Below are positions 22,268 to 32,997 of a stretch of DNA of 64,000 nt, in pieces. The notes under the pieces are model-generated. The model saw only the letters and a program-made list of their open reading frames with translations. It was not told where the DNA came from and did no database searches. Source of the stretch: a virus (Duplodnaviria; Caudoviricetes); IMG/VR virus record IMGVR_UViG_2588253760_000001, positions 1-64,000 of that record, one strand, 5' to 3'. The translations under genes and the position numbers were made by a program. Numbering within the stretch: the stretch's first letter is position 1; each line of letters begins with the position of its first letter.

Positions 22268-22329
22268 TGATGCTAGAAAGCATAGTGCTTTGTTCAATTA
22301 GAATAGGCTTTATGTTGACAAGAACTTGA

Positions 22330-25300
22330 GTGAGTGACACCATTAGTAATGAAGGAAGTATTATAGCACTACTAAAGGAATTTATGCCTGGTTTCAACGT
22401 TAACGGCCTCTCTGAGATTGATCACTATAAGATATTAGGGGTGTCAAGAAATGCTACTCTTACAGAGATAAAGGAAGCACGTAATAGATTAGCGCTTATA
22501 TTTCACCCAGATAAAATTATTTCCCCTGAGGAAAAACCCATATACAATAAATTATTATGCAAAGCCAATAATAGACAGGCATTTTCACAATCAGAAGAAA
22601 AAGATTGGGCTAAGTTTCAAGAAAAGTTCAATTCTGCAAAAAAAATCAATATTGCATATGAAGTACTAAGTGATGAAAAGAAAAGGAATGATTACGATAG
22701 AAAACTCCAGGTCGATAATAGTGGTCTGAATAATTTCAAGCGATCTTCTAAAAATACACAATCGACTGATAGAGAAACAGAAAAAAACAAAAAAGATATT
22801 AAAGTTCGTTTATTTCATGCATTTCATAATGGAGATTTACAGGAGGCAAAAAATCTAGTAAGGAAAGTGGATGACCTTGATATAACTCTACCAGAATACC
22901 CTATCGGTTCCGCATTGTATTTTTTTGTTCTACGCGCTTGCATGAGTGAGGATTGGTTCAAATTTTATCAAGATGTTTTATCGAAGCAAGGCAGTAACGT
23001 TGACCTTAACATTGAAGTTCATCCAAAGTTAGGAACAGCTTTAAGTGCTGCATGCAGCAAAGAAAGACCAAACTCAAAAAAGAGAGATGTTGTAAAATTA
23101 CTATTGAGCTATGGAGTTGATGTTAATAAAGTTAGTCAATCGCGAGAGAGAGCACCAATCCTTTACGCTCTAAAAAACAATGACCACGACTTAGCATCCT
23201 TACTTTTTAAACATGGAGCAAAGATTGATGTTACTCCTGAATTGGAAAGTTCAATTATTCTTTATAGCAATCTGAGAGGCTGCAGTAAATATACAAAAGA
23301 AACAATGGAAGTTTTGTTGCAACATACTTCTCCTAAGCAAAACACTGAGATGCTAAAGCGTTTTGCAAATAATCGAACCTTAGAAAATCAAGATATTGAA
23401 ATTGTAAAGTTACTTTTAAGTAAAGGGGCTAACCCTTCAATCATTCAGGGCAATTCTGAGCTTGTGTCTCTACTTAGACAATACTTATTTTCAGCGTTTA
23501 AAGATAGAGATCTTAAAAGGGCAAGAGAGCTAGTGAAGGAAGTGAAAGATCTAGATATAAAGGAATCTGGAAAGCCATTATTACATTGTTTTGTTGAAAA
23601 TGCTTGTCAAGATGGCAATTGGTTTGAGTTTCTTAAAGAAGTTCTTTCTAAACAAAGAGTATTTTGCTCTCTCTTTGGAACAGGTATGAGATTTAAGATG
23701 GACATTAATATTTGTGATGATGAGCATAATGAAACAGCCTTAAACTATGCATGCAGATGCAATAAAAAAGATGTTATAGAATTCCTATTGGACAGTGGCG
23801 CTGATGTTAATAAAGTTAATGGCATATACGCCCACAGAACACCAATCCTTATTGCTCTGAAGTATAATTATTATGATTCAGTACGTTTACTTTTTGAATA
23901 TGGAGCAAAAATTGATATATCTTCTGGAATCGAACAAGAAATTATTAATAATAGCCGTGAATACAAGAGGGAGACAATGGAAATTCTGTTAGAACATACT
24001 TCTCCTCAGCAAAACACTAAAGTCCTAGAATGTTTTGTAAATAATGAAACCTCAAGGAGTGTAGATATTGAAATTGTAAAGCTACTTTTAAATGCAGGAG
24101 CAGATCTTTCGATCATTCCTAGAGGTCGATTTACGGAATGTTCATTTTCAACATTTAATAATAAAGATTTAGAAACGGCGAAATTGTTAATAGATCACGT
24201 AGACCTTAATAAGGTTTTCAAAGTATTACGTGGTAATAAGGAAGTAGAGATATCATTATCCTATTTGTTTCTTATGAATGCCTGTCTAGGTACTGATTGG
24301 TTTGAGTTTTATGAAGATGTTTTAAAAGATAGGAAGGTTGATATTAATGCTGTCTTTTCTCATGGTTATACAGCTTTAGGTTATGCATGTAAAAAAGGAA
24401 AAGAAGATGTTATAAAACTACTTTTAAGTAAAGGAGCTGAAATTAATAAAGGTAAGAAGACACCAATTTATTTTGCTTTAAAGAATAATGATGACAGGTT
24501 AGCATCTTTGCTTTTTGAACATGGAGCGGACATTAATGCAACTCCTGAATTAGGACAAGAAATTATTGCTAACAGCTATAATAAACGAAGTAAGTACACA
24601 AAAGAAACAATAAAGATTCTGCTACAACATACTTCTAAAGAACAAAATACTGAAATACTAAGGCGTTTTGCAAATAATGGAACCTTGGAAAATAAAGATA
24701 TTGAAATTGTGAAATTGCTTTTAAGCAAAGGAGCTGACCCTTGTTTTGGAAACCCAAATGCAGTAGCACTTGCAACTGAGCAAGGTAATACTCAGCTCAA
24801 AGATCTATTTAGTCAATCACAATTAGACAGTGAAAGTCAAGAAGCACAAGTTACTCTACTTGGTAGTGAACAAGGCTTTGAAGGGAGTGATAATGAGTTC
24901 TATTCTGCAGAAGAGGATATAGTAAAGGGTACTAGTGAAGATAAGTATGAAGGCAATACACCACAAACAACGGCTGAGGAAGATTGTAACGGTCAATCAG
25001 GCGATCAAAAAAGTTCAGAACCTGAAAGTGCTGGTAGCCAACAGACGGAAAAAAATGTTCTTTCATCAACAAAAAAAAGTAATGCAATAAATAATGCAGG
25101 GGCTTCAATGGAGGAAACTGTAAGCAATGATCATAAGAAGGGTAAAATGCATGCAAACACACAGCAGGGCACAAGCTCATTAGAGCAAAATAAAAAAGTT
25201 AGTGAAGCGGCTAAGCTTGCTGGAGGAAATAGTCAACTAAAGGAAAGTCTAAATAGTACACAGCACCAGCTAATCGAAGAGCTACAAGAACAGCTTGCAA

Positions 25301-26451
25301 GTAAAGATAAAGGGATAGATGCTGCAAATCAAGCTTTGAATGCAAAAACTAAAGAATTCGAGAGTGCAAAAGCTCAGTTAGAACGGGAGCTGGGTAGTGT
25401 ACAGCAAGAATTGGATAAAACAACTGAGGAACTTAGGAGGAAAAAGGCTGATCTTGAAAACAGCAAGAAAGAGCTGGGTAATGTAAATGAAAAGGTTTTA
25501 AAGTTAGAGCACGAGACATTAAATCAACAAGCAAGTATTAATGATCTTACTAAAGAAAGAGATCAACTAGCTAGTAGGACAAATACACTTACTGAAAAAC
25601 TTAAAAATGAAAGTAAAAAGCTAAATGATGCAAATCAAGCTCTGGATACAAAAATTAGTGAAGTAACTCAACTGACTAAGCAAAATAGTCAACTAGAAGA
25701 GCAGCTTAGAAAAGAGCTGAATAATGTAGCAGAAAAGTTAACACAAGAACAACAGAAGGCTTTTGAATTAGGTAATCAAGTCACTACACTTACTAAAGAG
25801 CTTAAGGAAAAAAAAGCTGAACTAGAACGAGAGAATAGTAGTTTGGTTAGTCAAGTAGGAGAGCTTAAAGGGGAATTTGAGGGAATAAAAACTAAGCTTG
25901 CAGGGAAAGAGGAAGAGCTAAGAAGCAAAATTAAAGAAGTAGCCGAGCTTAGTGTCACTGTAGGGAAGCTTGAAAGGCAGACGGAAGAGTTGATGGCTAC
26001 TCAAGCTGAATTTGAGACAGAGAAGGCGAAATTGAAAAGTGAACTCACAAAGCAAGATGAAGTTCTGGAGAGTACTCAAGCTCAACTCAAACAAGAGGTT
26101 AGCAGTCTAAAAGGTCAAGTCACTCAACTGGCTAAAGAAAAAGATCAATTAGCAAAGCAGCTAAATGACACTCAGCAGAACCCTAATCCAGATAATGAAA
26201 ACAAGAAACTCCTGGCAGTAAGCGCTCAAAGTAGAAAGCAAATAACCTACGCCTCTGTTTCTTTTGTGTTATCTGGCGCATTTGCTGTTGGTGCAAGTTT
26301 AACAATGTTTCATTTAACAACATGTATTTCACTCGCTGTAGTTGCATTAACTTTTCTTGCAGTAGGATGTTACTGTTCGTATAAGGCAAATACAGCGCTT
26401 AGTAATGTTGAAATTGATAATTGTGTTAATCCTGCAGTTGTGGAAGTTTGA
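22330..26451 (+). CDS. J-domain + ankyrin-repeat + long coiled-coil protein with C-terminal transmembrane hairpin
   Basis: DHYKILGV...LALIFHPDK...AYEVLSDEKKRNDYD; three ~220-aa ankyrin modules; ~300-aa heptad region; two terminal hydrophobic helices. Likely start is ATG 22384 (AAGGA RBS; TTGACA at 22315). Confidence 0.9.
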   Translation: MSDTISNEGSIIALLKEFMPGFNVNGLSEIDHYKILGVSRNATLTEIKEARNRLALIFHPDKIISPEEKPIYNKLLCKANNRQAFSQSEEKDWAKFQEKFNSAKKINIAYEVLSDEKKRNDYDRKLQVDNSGLNNFKRSSKNTQSTDRETEKNKKDIKVRLFHAFHNGDLQEAKNLVRKVDDLDITLPEYPIGSALYFFVLRACMSEDWFKFYQDVLSKQGSNVDLNIEVHPKLGTALSAACSKERPNSKKRDVVKLLLSYGVDVNKVSQSRERAPILYALKNNDHDLASLLFKHGAKIDVTPELESSIILYSNLRGCSKYTKETMEVLLQHTSPKQNTEMLKRFANNRTLENQDIEIVKLLLSKGANPSIIQGNSELVSLLRQYLFSAFKDRDLKRARELVKEVKDLDIKESGKPLLHCFVENACQDGNWFEFLKEVLSKQRVFCSLFGTGMRFKMDINICDDEHNETALNYACRCNKKDVIEFLLDSGADVNKVNGIYAHRTPILIALKYNYYDSVRLLFEYGAKIDISSGIEQEIINNSREYKRETMEILLEHTSPQQNTKVLECFVNNETSRSVDIEIVKLLLNAGADLSIIPRGRFTECSFSTFNNKDLETAKLLIDHVDLNKVFKVLRGNKEVEISLSYLFLMNACLGTDWFEFYEDVLKDRKVDINAVFSHGYTALGYACKKGKEDVIKLLLSKGAEINKGKKTPIYFALKNNDDRLASLLFEHGADINATPELGQEIIANSYNKRSKYTKETIKILLQHTSKEQNTEILRRFANNGTLENKDIEIVKLLLSKGADPCFGNPNAVALATEQGNTQLKDLFSQSQLDSESQEAQVTLLGSEQGFEGSDNEFYSAEEDIVKGTSEDKYEGNTPQTTAEEDCNGQSGDQKSSEPESAGSQQTEKNVLSSTKKSNAINNAGASMEETVSNDHKKGKMHANTQQGTSSLEQNKKVSEAAKLAGGNSQLKESLNSTQHQLIEELQEQLASKDKGIDAANQALNAKTKEFESAKAQLERELGSVQQELDKTTEELRRKKADLENSKKELGNVNEKVLKLEHETLNQQASINDLTKERDQLASRTNTLTEKLKNESKKLNDANQALDTKISEVTQLTKQNSQLEEQLRKELNNVAEKLTQEQQKAFELGNQVTTLTKELKEKKAELERENSSLVSQVGELKGEFEGIKTKLAGKEEELRSKIKEVAELSVTVGKLERQTEELMATQAEFETEKAKLKSELTKQDEVLESTQAQLKQEVSSLKGQVTQLAKEKDQLAKQLNDTQQNPNPDNENKKLLAVSAQSRKQITYASVSFVLSGAFAVGASLTMFHLTTCISLAVVALTFLAVGCYCSYKANTALSNVEIDNCVNPAVVEV

Positions 26452-26706
26452 AATAGCCCAATTTGAGAAGGAATGGAGGTTAAGTTTTAGAGGTTTTTCT
26501 AAACTTATGGTTTTTAAAATAGCTTTTTAAGATCTTGAAGTTGAGTGAAGAGAGGCAATTTTCTCCACTTAGATAACGTTGTTACCCCTAGTTATTTGAG
26601 GTTTATGCTTTTGGGTCATTTTTTACAACTATTGCTATAAACCCCATAAAAACCGCAGCAAATGAATCTATGGATTTAACCGCATAAAAGACCATAAAAA
26701 TGCCAA

Positions 26707-27046
26707 TTATGCTGGATTCAAACAAGGCTGAGCGATAAGTTGCTCCAAATCTTCTACTTTTTCAAATTTGGTATTGGGCTTTATAGCATTATACAGGGAA
26801 AAACCCATACAAACCAACCCAACAATCCCTCCAATTACCGCTATAACGTGTGCTTTGGAATATTCAATCAGTAGATAAGATGCAACACAACTTACCAATA
26901 ATTTTGATGATTTTTCGTCTACAGAATTTCCTTCACTATCGAAATATGCAGTAGAAGAGGAGCTGTCAGGGGCGTTTGGCTCTGCAGTGGTTTCTACTGA
27001 ATCATTTTGCATTTCTTCTCTGCTTTCAAATATTGGTTGTTCTATC
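26707..27046 (-). pseudogene. 3' fragment of a membrane protein cut by IS256
   Basis: Hydrophobic helix followed by a KPNTKFEKV tail; the upstream frame runs into the IS256 IR at 27047. Confidence 0.6.
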
Positions 27047-27619
27047 GGGAATGTTCAAAAAAGTGTGTCAAATCGAAAAAAAGTAATAAATTGATATAAA
27101 AAAAATGGAGGTTTGAAAATGAGTCAGAAAATAGTAAACAGAACTAACGGATTGGTAGATTATAAAGAGTTGGAAACAAATATACTGTCGTCTATACGAG
27201 AAGGTAGGCCACTGATGGGAAGAGATGGTGCATTAACGCCATTTATAAAAAGGCTGCTTGAAGCTAGTCTAGAGGGTGAAATAGAACATCATTTATCTGC
27301 TGGAAGTGAAGAAAACAATCGTAGAAACGGGAGGAATGGCAAGACTTTGAAGACAAGCGCAGGTTCATTTGAACTATTGACGCCAAGAGACAGAGAAGGA
27401 AGTTTTGAACCACAAATAGTGAAAAAAAGGCAAACAAGCTTACATCCGGAACTTGAAGCAAAGGTTTTAAGCACATACGCTAGTGGCATGGGATATAGGG
27501 ACATAGCATCGCATGTAGAGGAGATGTATGACCACAAAATATCTGCAGCAGAAATATCCAATATCCAGGTATATTGTGCTATAAAAAAGGTAGAGCAGAA
27601 ATGGATTATGGCTTTGCCT

Positions 27620-28963
27620 GGGAGTGTTAAATAAACTGTGTCAAACCGAGAAGTAAAGTAATAAATTGATATAAAAAATGGAGGTTTGACATGAGTCAAA
27701 AAATAGCAAATAGAACTACCGGTTTGGTAGACTATAAAGAATTAGAAACAAATATCTTATCATCTATACGAGAAGGAAGACCATTGACAGGAAGAGATGG
27801 TGCATTAACACCATTTATAAAAAAACTGCTAGAGGTGAGCCTGGAAGGTGAGATAGAAAACCATTTGTCAACTGAAAGCGAAGAAAACAACCGAAGAAAT
27901 GGTAGAAATTCAAAGACTTTGAATACAAGTTCAGGATCATTTGAACTCTTCACGCCAAGAGATAGAAATGGGAGTTTTGAACCTCAGGCGGTTAAGAAAA
28001 GGCAAACTAATCTACATCCTGAGCTTGAAAAAAAGATCCTGAGTATGTTTGCAAGTGGCATGGGCTACAAAGATATAGCATCGCATGTTGAAGAAATTTA
28101 TGACCACAAAATATCAGCGGCAGAGATATCAAGCATTACCGACAAATTACTGCCAGTGATAAATGAATGGCGCAGTCGACCGCTGCAGTCTGTATATCCG
28201 ATAGTTTTCATGGACGGCATGTTCTTCAAAGTCAAAGAAGACGGACGGTGTGTAAGCAAATGCATGTATAACATATTAGGTGTAGATCAAGAAGGCAAAA
28301 AGGAGGTTTTGGGCTTCTATTTGGCTGAAAGTGAGGGAGCTAACTTTTGGCTCGGTGTGTTAAATGACCTCAAAGAAAGGGGTGTAGAGGATATTCTAAT
28401 TGCTTGTGTAGATGGGCTGAAAAGCTTTCCTACGGCTATAAATAGCGTGTTCCCTAATGCAGAGGTGCAGCTATGTATAGTGCATCAGATAAGGAACTCG
28501 CTGAAATATGTGTCTAGCAAAGATGTGAAAAGTTTTATGAGCGATTTGAAGAAAATATATCAGGCTTCAAACAAGGAAATTGCTGAAAATTATTTGCTGG
28601 AGCTGGATGAAAAATGGGGCACGAAATATCCAATGGTTATAAAGTCTTGGCAGAATAATTGGGAAAATTTGTCTGGCTATTTTAAGTATTCTGACCCAGT
28701 GAAAAGGCTGGTTTACACTACAAATCCAATTGAGGGCCTGCATAGACAAATCAGAAAATTTACCAAAACCAAGGGCTCATTTACCAGCATAAGTGCCTTG
28801 TACAAACAGGTATATTGTGCTATAAAAAAGGTGGAAGAGAAATGGACAATGTCTGTACAAAATTGGGCATTAACCGTGTCTCAACTTGATATTTTCTTTC
28901 CGAACAGATTGAAAATTGAGTTGAATTAAAAATGCGGTTTGACACAGTTTACAGAACACTCCC
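27620..28963 (+). mobile_element. IS256-family element (inner, intact)
   Basis: Imperfect IRs GGGAGTGTT...AAACTGTGTCAAACCG; 8-bp target duplication CTTTGCCT at 27612-27619 and 28964-28971. Confidence 0.93.
27691..28929 (+). CDS. IS256-family (mutator) transposase
   Basis: PRDRNGSFEP, VFMDG, CVDGLK, QLCIVHQIRN, YTTNPIE. Confidence 0.95.
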   Translation: MSQKIANRTTGLVDYKELETNILSSIREGRPLTGRDGALTPFIKKLLEVSLEGEIENHLSTESEENNRRNGRNSKTLNTSSGSFELFTPRDRNGSFEPQAVKKRQTNLHPELEKKILSMFASGMGYKDIASHVEEIYDHKISAAEISSITDKLLPVINEWRSRPLQSVYPIVFMDGMFFKVKEDGRCVSKCMYNILGVDQEGKKEVLGFYLAESEGANFWLGVLNDLKERGVEDILIACVDGLKSFPTAINSVFPNAEVQLCIVHQIRNSLKYVSSKDVKSFMSDLKKIYQASNKEIAENYLLELDEKWGTKYPMVIKSWQNNWENLSGYFKYSDPVKRLVYTTNPIEGLHRQIRKFTKTKGSFTSISALYKQVYCAIKKVEEKWTMSVQNWALTVSQLDIFFPNRLKIELN

Positions 28964-29074
28964 CTTTGCCTAATTGGGCTTTAACTATGTCTCAACTTGA
29001 TATCTTCTTTCCCAACAGATTGAAAATTGAGTTGAACTAAAAATGCGGCTTGACACACTTTTTTGAACATTCCC

Positions 29075-29584
29075 GACGTTTCCACAGATGAGCCCTTACC
29101 ACTGCTTTCAGTAGTGCATTGTTTGTTTTGCCTTCTGGCTCAATTACTGTGCATTTCTTTCCTTTCTTTTTTATTGGTATAAATTCCACCTTATCCTCTA
29201 AACTCACCTCTATTCCATCCTCTCTCACCATTACTCCCTTTATTAACTTTTTCACTACTTCTTTTTGCTTTCCAAAGCTTAAATTTTTCCACTCTTCCGC
29301 TTTTTCTCCCAATTTTCCATATAGCTGCTCTGTCTTCCTCATTACTTCTTTTTCCACTTCTCCTGCTATTACATTTCGGTTTTCTGATTCACAACCTTTT
29401 CCCCTTAAATGATTGTTGCATACGTAATATCGATATCTCTTATTCTCCTTTTTTGCATATGTCAGTGTCATATTCACATCACAGCTCTTGCACTTAATTA
29501 TTCCCCTAAGCAGTGCTTCCTCATATTTTGCTTTTCTATATGGTTGATTCCTTATCAATTCCTGCGCTTTTTGCCACTTTTCTT
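29075..29584 (-). pseudogene. Internal/C-terminal fragment of the WO large serine recombinase
   Basis: EKWQKAQELI...LLRGIIKCKSC...YRYYVC...C zinc ribbon; catalytic N-terminus absent; cut by IS256 at 29074. Confidence 0.8.
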
Positions 29585-29607
29585 AAAAACTTACTCTTGC
29601 TAAAACT

Positions 29608-31528
29608 GTTTGGTAGAAGCTGTAGCTTTACTCCTCTCGTTTGAGTTTTATTACTACAACTCCCCCTAAAGAACCGTGCTTGCAGATTTCCCGCACACGG
29701 CTCATCAATATTAGTTTTCACAGTCGTCCCTCTTATGCATATAAAGAAAAATGTATTTTTGGCTTTGGTAATGGATTTACTTCTACGTAGTGTACAAACT
29801 GTTCCCAGGTCATACTCTTTTTCTGACTACGCCGATTTATCCATTTAAATGCTAGCTTTCTTACTGATGTATAAAATTGTTTTAAACACCAATAATTTCC
29901 GCTAATACCAAAGTAGTTATAGTGTCCTGTTAATTTAGCCTTCAGTACTTGCCACCAATCTTTAAGTCGAATACTTCCGCGGACTTTTTCCAACCACTCT
30001 TTGATTTCTTTTAGTTTTCTGGCTAGATTTAACTTTGAGGTTTTATGTCCCATCATTAATCTACCAAGACGACTTTTTGCACCATAGTGCGTAAACCCCA
30101 GAAAATTGAAACTTTCCGTCCTTCGTTTCTCTCTTATCGCTTGTTGCCACTCCCTCTTGCCAAACTTTACTACTCTGGTCTTGTTTTCAGATACTTCCAA
30201 CCCGAATTTATTTAACCTTTGTTTCAGTAATTCCAGAAATTCTTCCGCGTCTACCTTACTTTCGCAACAAACCACAAAATCGTCGCAAAACCTTATTAGT
30301 TGTATATATCCTCTGGATCTTGGTTTAAATTTCTTTTCAAGCCATAAATCCAACACATAATGTAAGTATATATTTGCTAATACAGGACTTACTATACCAC
30401 CTTGGGGTGTACCTTGTTTTGTTGCTTCATAATATCCAGCTTCAACTATCCCTGCCTTAAGAAAACGCTTTATTAACCACAGTAAATTTGGGTCAGTTAT
30501 TCGTTCCCTTAGACATCTCATTAGCCATTTATGCTGTATATTATCGTAGAACTTCTTGATATCCACTTCTACAATGTAGTTTATTGGTTTGTACATAACT
30601 GCTTTATCTAGTGCATTTACCGTTTGATGACAGTTTCTTCCAGGTCGAAATCCATATGAGCTGTCCAGAAAGTTTGCCTCGTAAATATTTTCTAATATCT
30701 TCTTCAGCATAATCTGTACCAACTTATCCTCAGTTGATGGTATTCCGAGTCCGCGTTTCTCTTTACTTCCGGCTTTTGGTATATACACCCTCCTCACCGG
30801 TTGTGGTTGATATTGCTTTCCCTTCATACTATCCACTAGTCCTTCCAGTCGCTCTTTTAGATTTTCTCCGTAAGCTTCCACTGTTACCCAGTCTATTCCA
30901 CAAGCCTTGTTACGCTTTAGCTCTTTATAACACTCTGCAAGGTTTCCTACATTTATTAGATGTATTAGCGATGTGAATTTCAGTCGCTTATCTTGCTTTG
31001 CTCTTACTGCTATCTGGTTTAGTTTATCTTGCATGTTATTCCAACCTCCGTTGTATTGGCATAGCAATCCCTATACCAGTTACTATATTGCTGATCGCTT
31101 CCCCTTGTACGTGGCTTTCCCACACTCCGAGTACTATCAATCAGTCCGACTTCCTCTGCATCTTCCGCTAGTTCTTGCCTTTGTTGACTTGTTCCAGCGT
31201 ACCTTTATAGGAATGCATAGGATCTCCCAAGTTCACTTGAAGTCCATTTCAATACATGGCACGGTCTCAGATCCCGATAGAGTGAGTGATAACTCGCCTT
31301 TGCATTATCCCTCATGCTGTCTTCCACCGAAATGAAAATGTCGACCTCTATGTCTTCAGGTATTTCGGGACTCAATCCCTTCACTTTCGTTGTACCCTGC
31401 ATTGTCCATTCCACTAGCTCTATTACACTCGTTACCTCATGCAACATAGTGGTCTGTTCTAAACTGTTGGCTAGACTTTGTTTATGTTGGATTTTCACCA
31501 ACTGTTCTCCAAGCACTTCTTGGCGCAC
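29608..31528 (-). mobile_element. Group II intron (~1.9 kb) with RT/maturase ORF
   Basis: 5' end GTGCG at 31528; domain V GAGCCGTGTGCGGGAAATCTGCAAGCACGGTTC; domain VI ending CTACCAAAC at 29608. Confidence 0.88.
29733..31067 (-). CDS. ltrA: Group II intron reverse transcriptase/maturase, no endonuclease domain
   Basis: VRRVYIPK, LGIP, SYGFRPGR, VDIKKFYD, GTPQGG, RFCDDF, FNFLGF and domain X GHYNYF. Confidence 0.93.
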   Translation of the reverse strand: MLCQYNGGWNNMQDKLNQIAVRAKQDKRLKFTSLIHLINVGNLAECYKELKRNKACGIDWVTVEAYGENLKERLEGLVDSMKGKQYQPQPVRRVYIPKAGSKEKRGLGIPSTEDKLVQIMLKKILENIYEANFLDSSYGFRPGRNCHQTVNALDKAVMYKPINYIVEVDIKKFYDNIQHKWLMRCLRERITDPNLLWLIKRFLKAGIVEAGYYEATKQGTPQGGIVSPVLANIYLHYVLDLWLEKKFKPRSRGYIQLIRFCDDFVVCCESKVDAEEFLELLKQRLNKFGLEVSENKTRVVKFGKREWQQAIREKRRTESFNFLGFTHYGAKSRLGRLMMGHKTSKLNLARKLKEIKEWLEKVRGSIRLKDWWQVLKAKLTGHYNYFGISGNYWCLKQFYTSVRKLAFKWINRRSQKKSMTWEQFVHYVEVNPLPKPKIHFSLYA

Positions 31529-31699
31529 CATTTCATACCTCACAAAATTAGCTTTTCTAGCGCCAGACAAATTTCTTATATTTACCTGCCGCTATTCAAG
31601 TCATGTCCTTTTTAGCATGAGAAAGCAAGTCTTTTTCTTTTTATTTCATACACTTTTACCTATTATTAATATAATATATGAGTATCTAAATATAAGTAC

Positions 31700-32860
31700 T
31701 TAACTTATTAGAGATATTATTCGACTATCTTTCCAACTTCTGTGCAAATGTCGATGTTCATGCCACTTCAGTACTCCCGGGTAAAATACTAAAATGTGCT
31801 TTTCTAATTCGTGTATTGAGTCTTTTTGCTCTGAATCTAATTCACTTTCAAAATGAATATTGTGCTCTGCTAAAGCGTATTTTGTAATCTTTTGATCAGT
31901 ATAGTTTTCTGCTTTATAAGCATGGGTAATGCTAAATCTTTCTAAAATTGGCTTGTGTTTTAGATTCCAATATTGCCCTGAAAGTTTATCGCTTCCCAAT
32001 AGAAATTTATTTCCTTCTTCTTCTATGCTACTTACTGGAAAGCACCCATTTATTTCTCCTAATTTCCAGCTATCTGACAGTACAATCTGTGCTTTGGCAA
32101 ACTTTATTTCTGGTAATAAGCTCTGTGATAGAGGATATAGTGCTTTTAAGTTGTACCACTGATGACTTCTTTCATAAATGCCTTTGTAATCCTTTGTATG
32201 AGCCTCTGTTTCTCCAAGTACTGCTACATCTAGGCGATATATATCATTGCTTAAAGCTCGTTCATAATGATCGCGTAGATAGTTTTCTATAATCCTAATA
32301 ACTGGACCACTAGACCTGAAAAAATTTACTCTTCCAAATGATAACACTGGTCCATCTTTTTCTATTTTTACCCCTGAATAATCAGAAAGAAGATCTCCAA
32401 ATAAACTCTCATCCAATATAAATCTCTGCTCATTATAATAATCGTTAAAAATCCTCATTAGCCGTGACCTTGCTGGTAGTGATAGTTTTGCCAATTCTAC
32501 TACTGCATCCACAAAAAAGTTATTTGGAACATCCCTTATCCCTATCTGCAGTTCAAAAAAATGTTTACCAGGTGGTTCTTCTATGATTGTAATATCTTCT
32601 ATATTTGCCCATTTTAGTGCTATTTTGAGTGATGCTGGGGTTCCACGTAGTCTTTGAAATTTTACTCCTTCTACTACGGCTTTTCTTCTATCTTTTACCC
32701 AACGCAGTATCTCTTCTAAACCATATTCTTCTATTATCCACGGCAATGTTTCTTCTTTAAGACTAAATTTAAATCTCCTGATGCAACTTGGATCAACTTT
32801 GTAATCGATTGCATCAACCAATGCTTGCTCTTGCTTTGTCGCGTTTGGGGGTAATAGCAT
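31700..32860 (-). CDS. Phage tail protein I (P2 gpI-like), full length
   Basis: MLLPPNAT...LPWIIEEY...RGTPASLK; the equivalent copy follows gpJ at 47482. Confidence 0.85.
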   Translation of the reverse strand: MLLPPNATKQEQALVDAIDYKVDPSCIRRFKFSLKEETLPWIIEEYGLEEILRWVKDRRKAVVEGVKFQRLRGTPASLKIALKWANIEDITIIEEPPGKHFFELQIGIRDVPNNFFVDAVVELAKLSLPARSRLMRIFNDYYNEQRFILDESLFGDLLSDYSGVKIEKDGPVLSFGRVNFFRSSGPVIRIIENYLRDHYERALSNDIYRLDVAVLGETEAHTKDYKGIYERSHQWYNLKALYPLSQSLLPEIKFAKAQIVLSDSWKLGEINGCFPVSSIEEEGNKFLLGSDKLSGQYWNLKHKPILERFSITHAYKAENYTDQKITKYALAEHNIHFESELDSEQKDSIHELEKHILVFYPGVLKWHEHRHLHRSWKDSRIISLIS

Positions 32861-32862
32861 TA

Positions 32863-32981
32863 CTTTTTGTTAAAATCCTTGGTGAAATTATATCTTCTGG
32901 TATTGGCGATTGATCACTTAAATATTCCTTTACGCTATAAAAAGGGATTTTTTGACCGATGTTGAAAAAGCTTTGTTCCAT
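32863..32981 (-). pseudogene. 5' fragment of an AAA_25 helicase-like gene joined to tail I by deletion
   Basis: AGGAG RBS, then MEQSFFNIGQKIPFYSVKEYLSDQSPIPEDIISPRILT, similar to DKSPMPEDIIAPRILT in the primase/helicases; ends abruptly. Confidence 0.75.
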
Positions 32982-32997
32982 ATTACTCCTTTTAAAA

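Larger units (their letters stand above)
27047..29074 (+). mobile_element. Internally deleted IS256 (outer, non-autonomous) hosting a second IS256
   Basis: 25-bp IRs GGGAATGTTCAAAAAAGTGTGTCAA; transposase jumps from AEISNI directly to QVYCAIKK and resumes at 28972; no flanking duplication. Confidence 0.9.

Noticed and set aside
29733-31067. RT as a retron, DGR or defence RT
   Set aside because: It has maturase domain X, a GTGCG 5' end and canonical domains V/VI; no TR/VR pair was seen.
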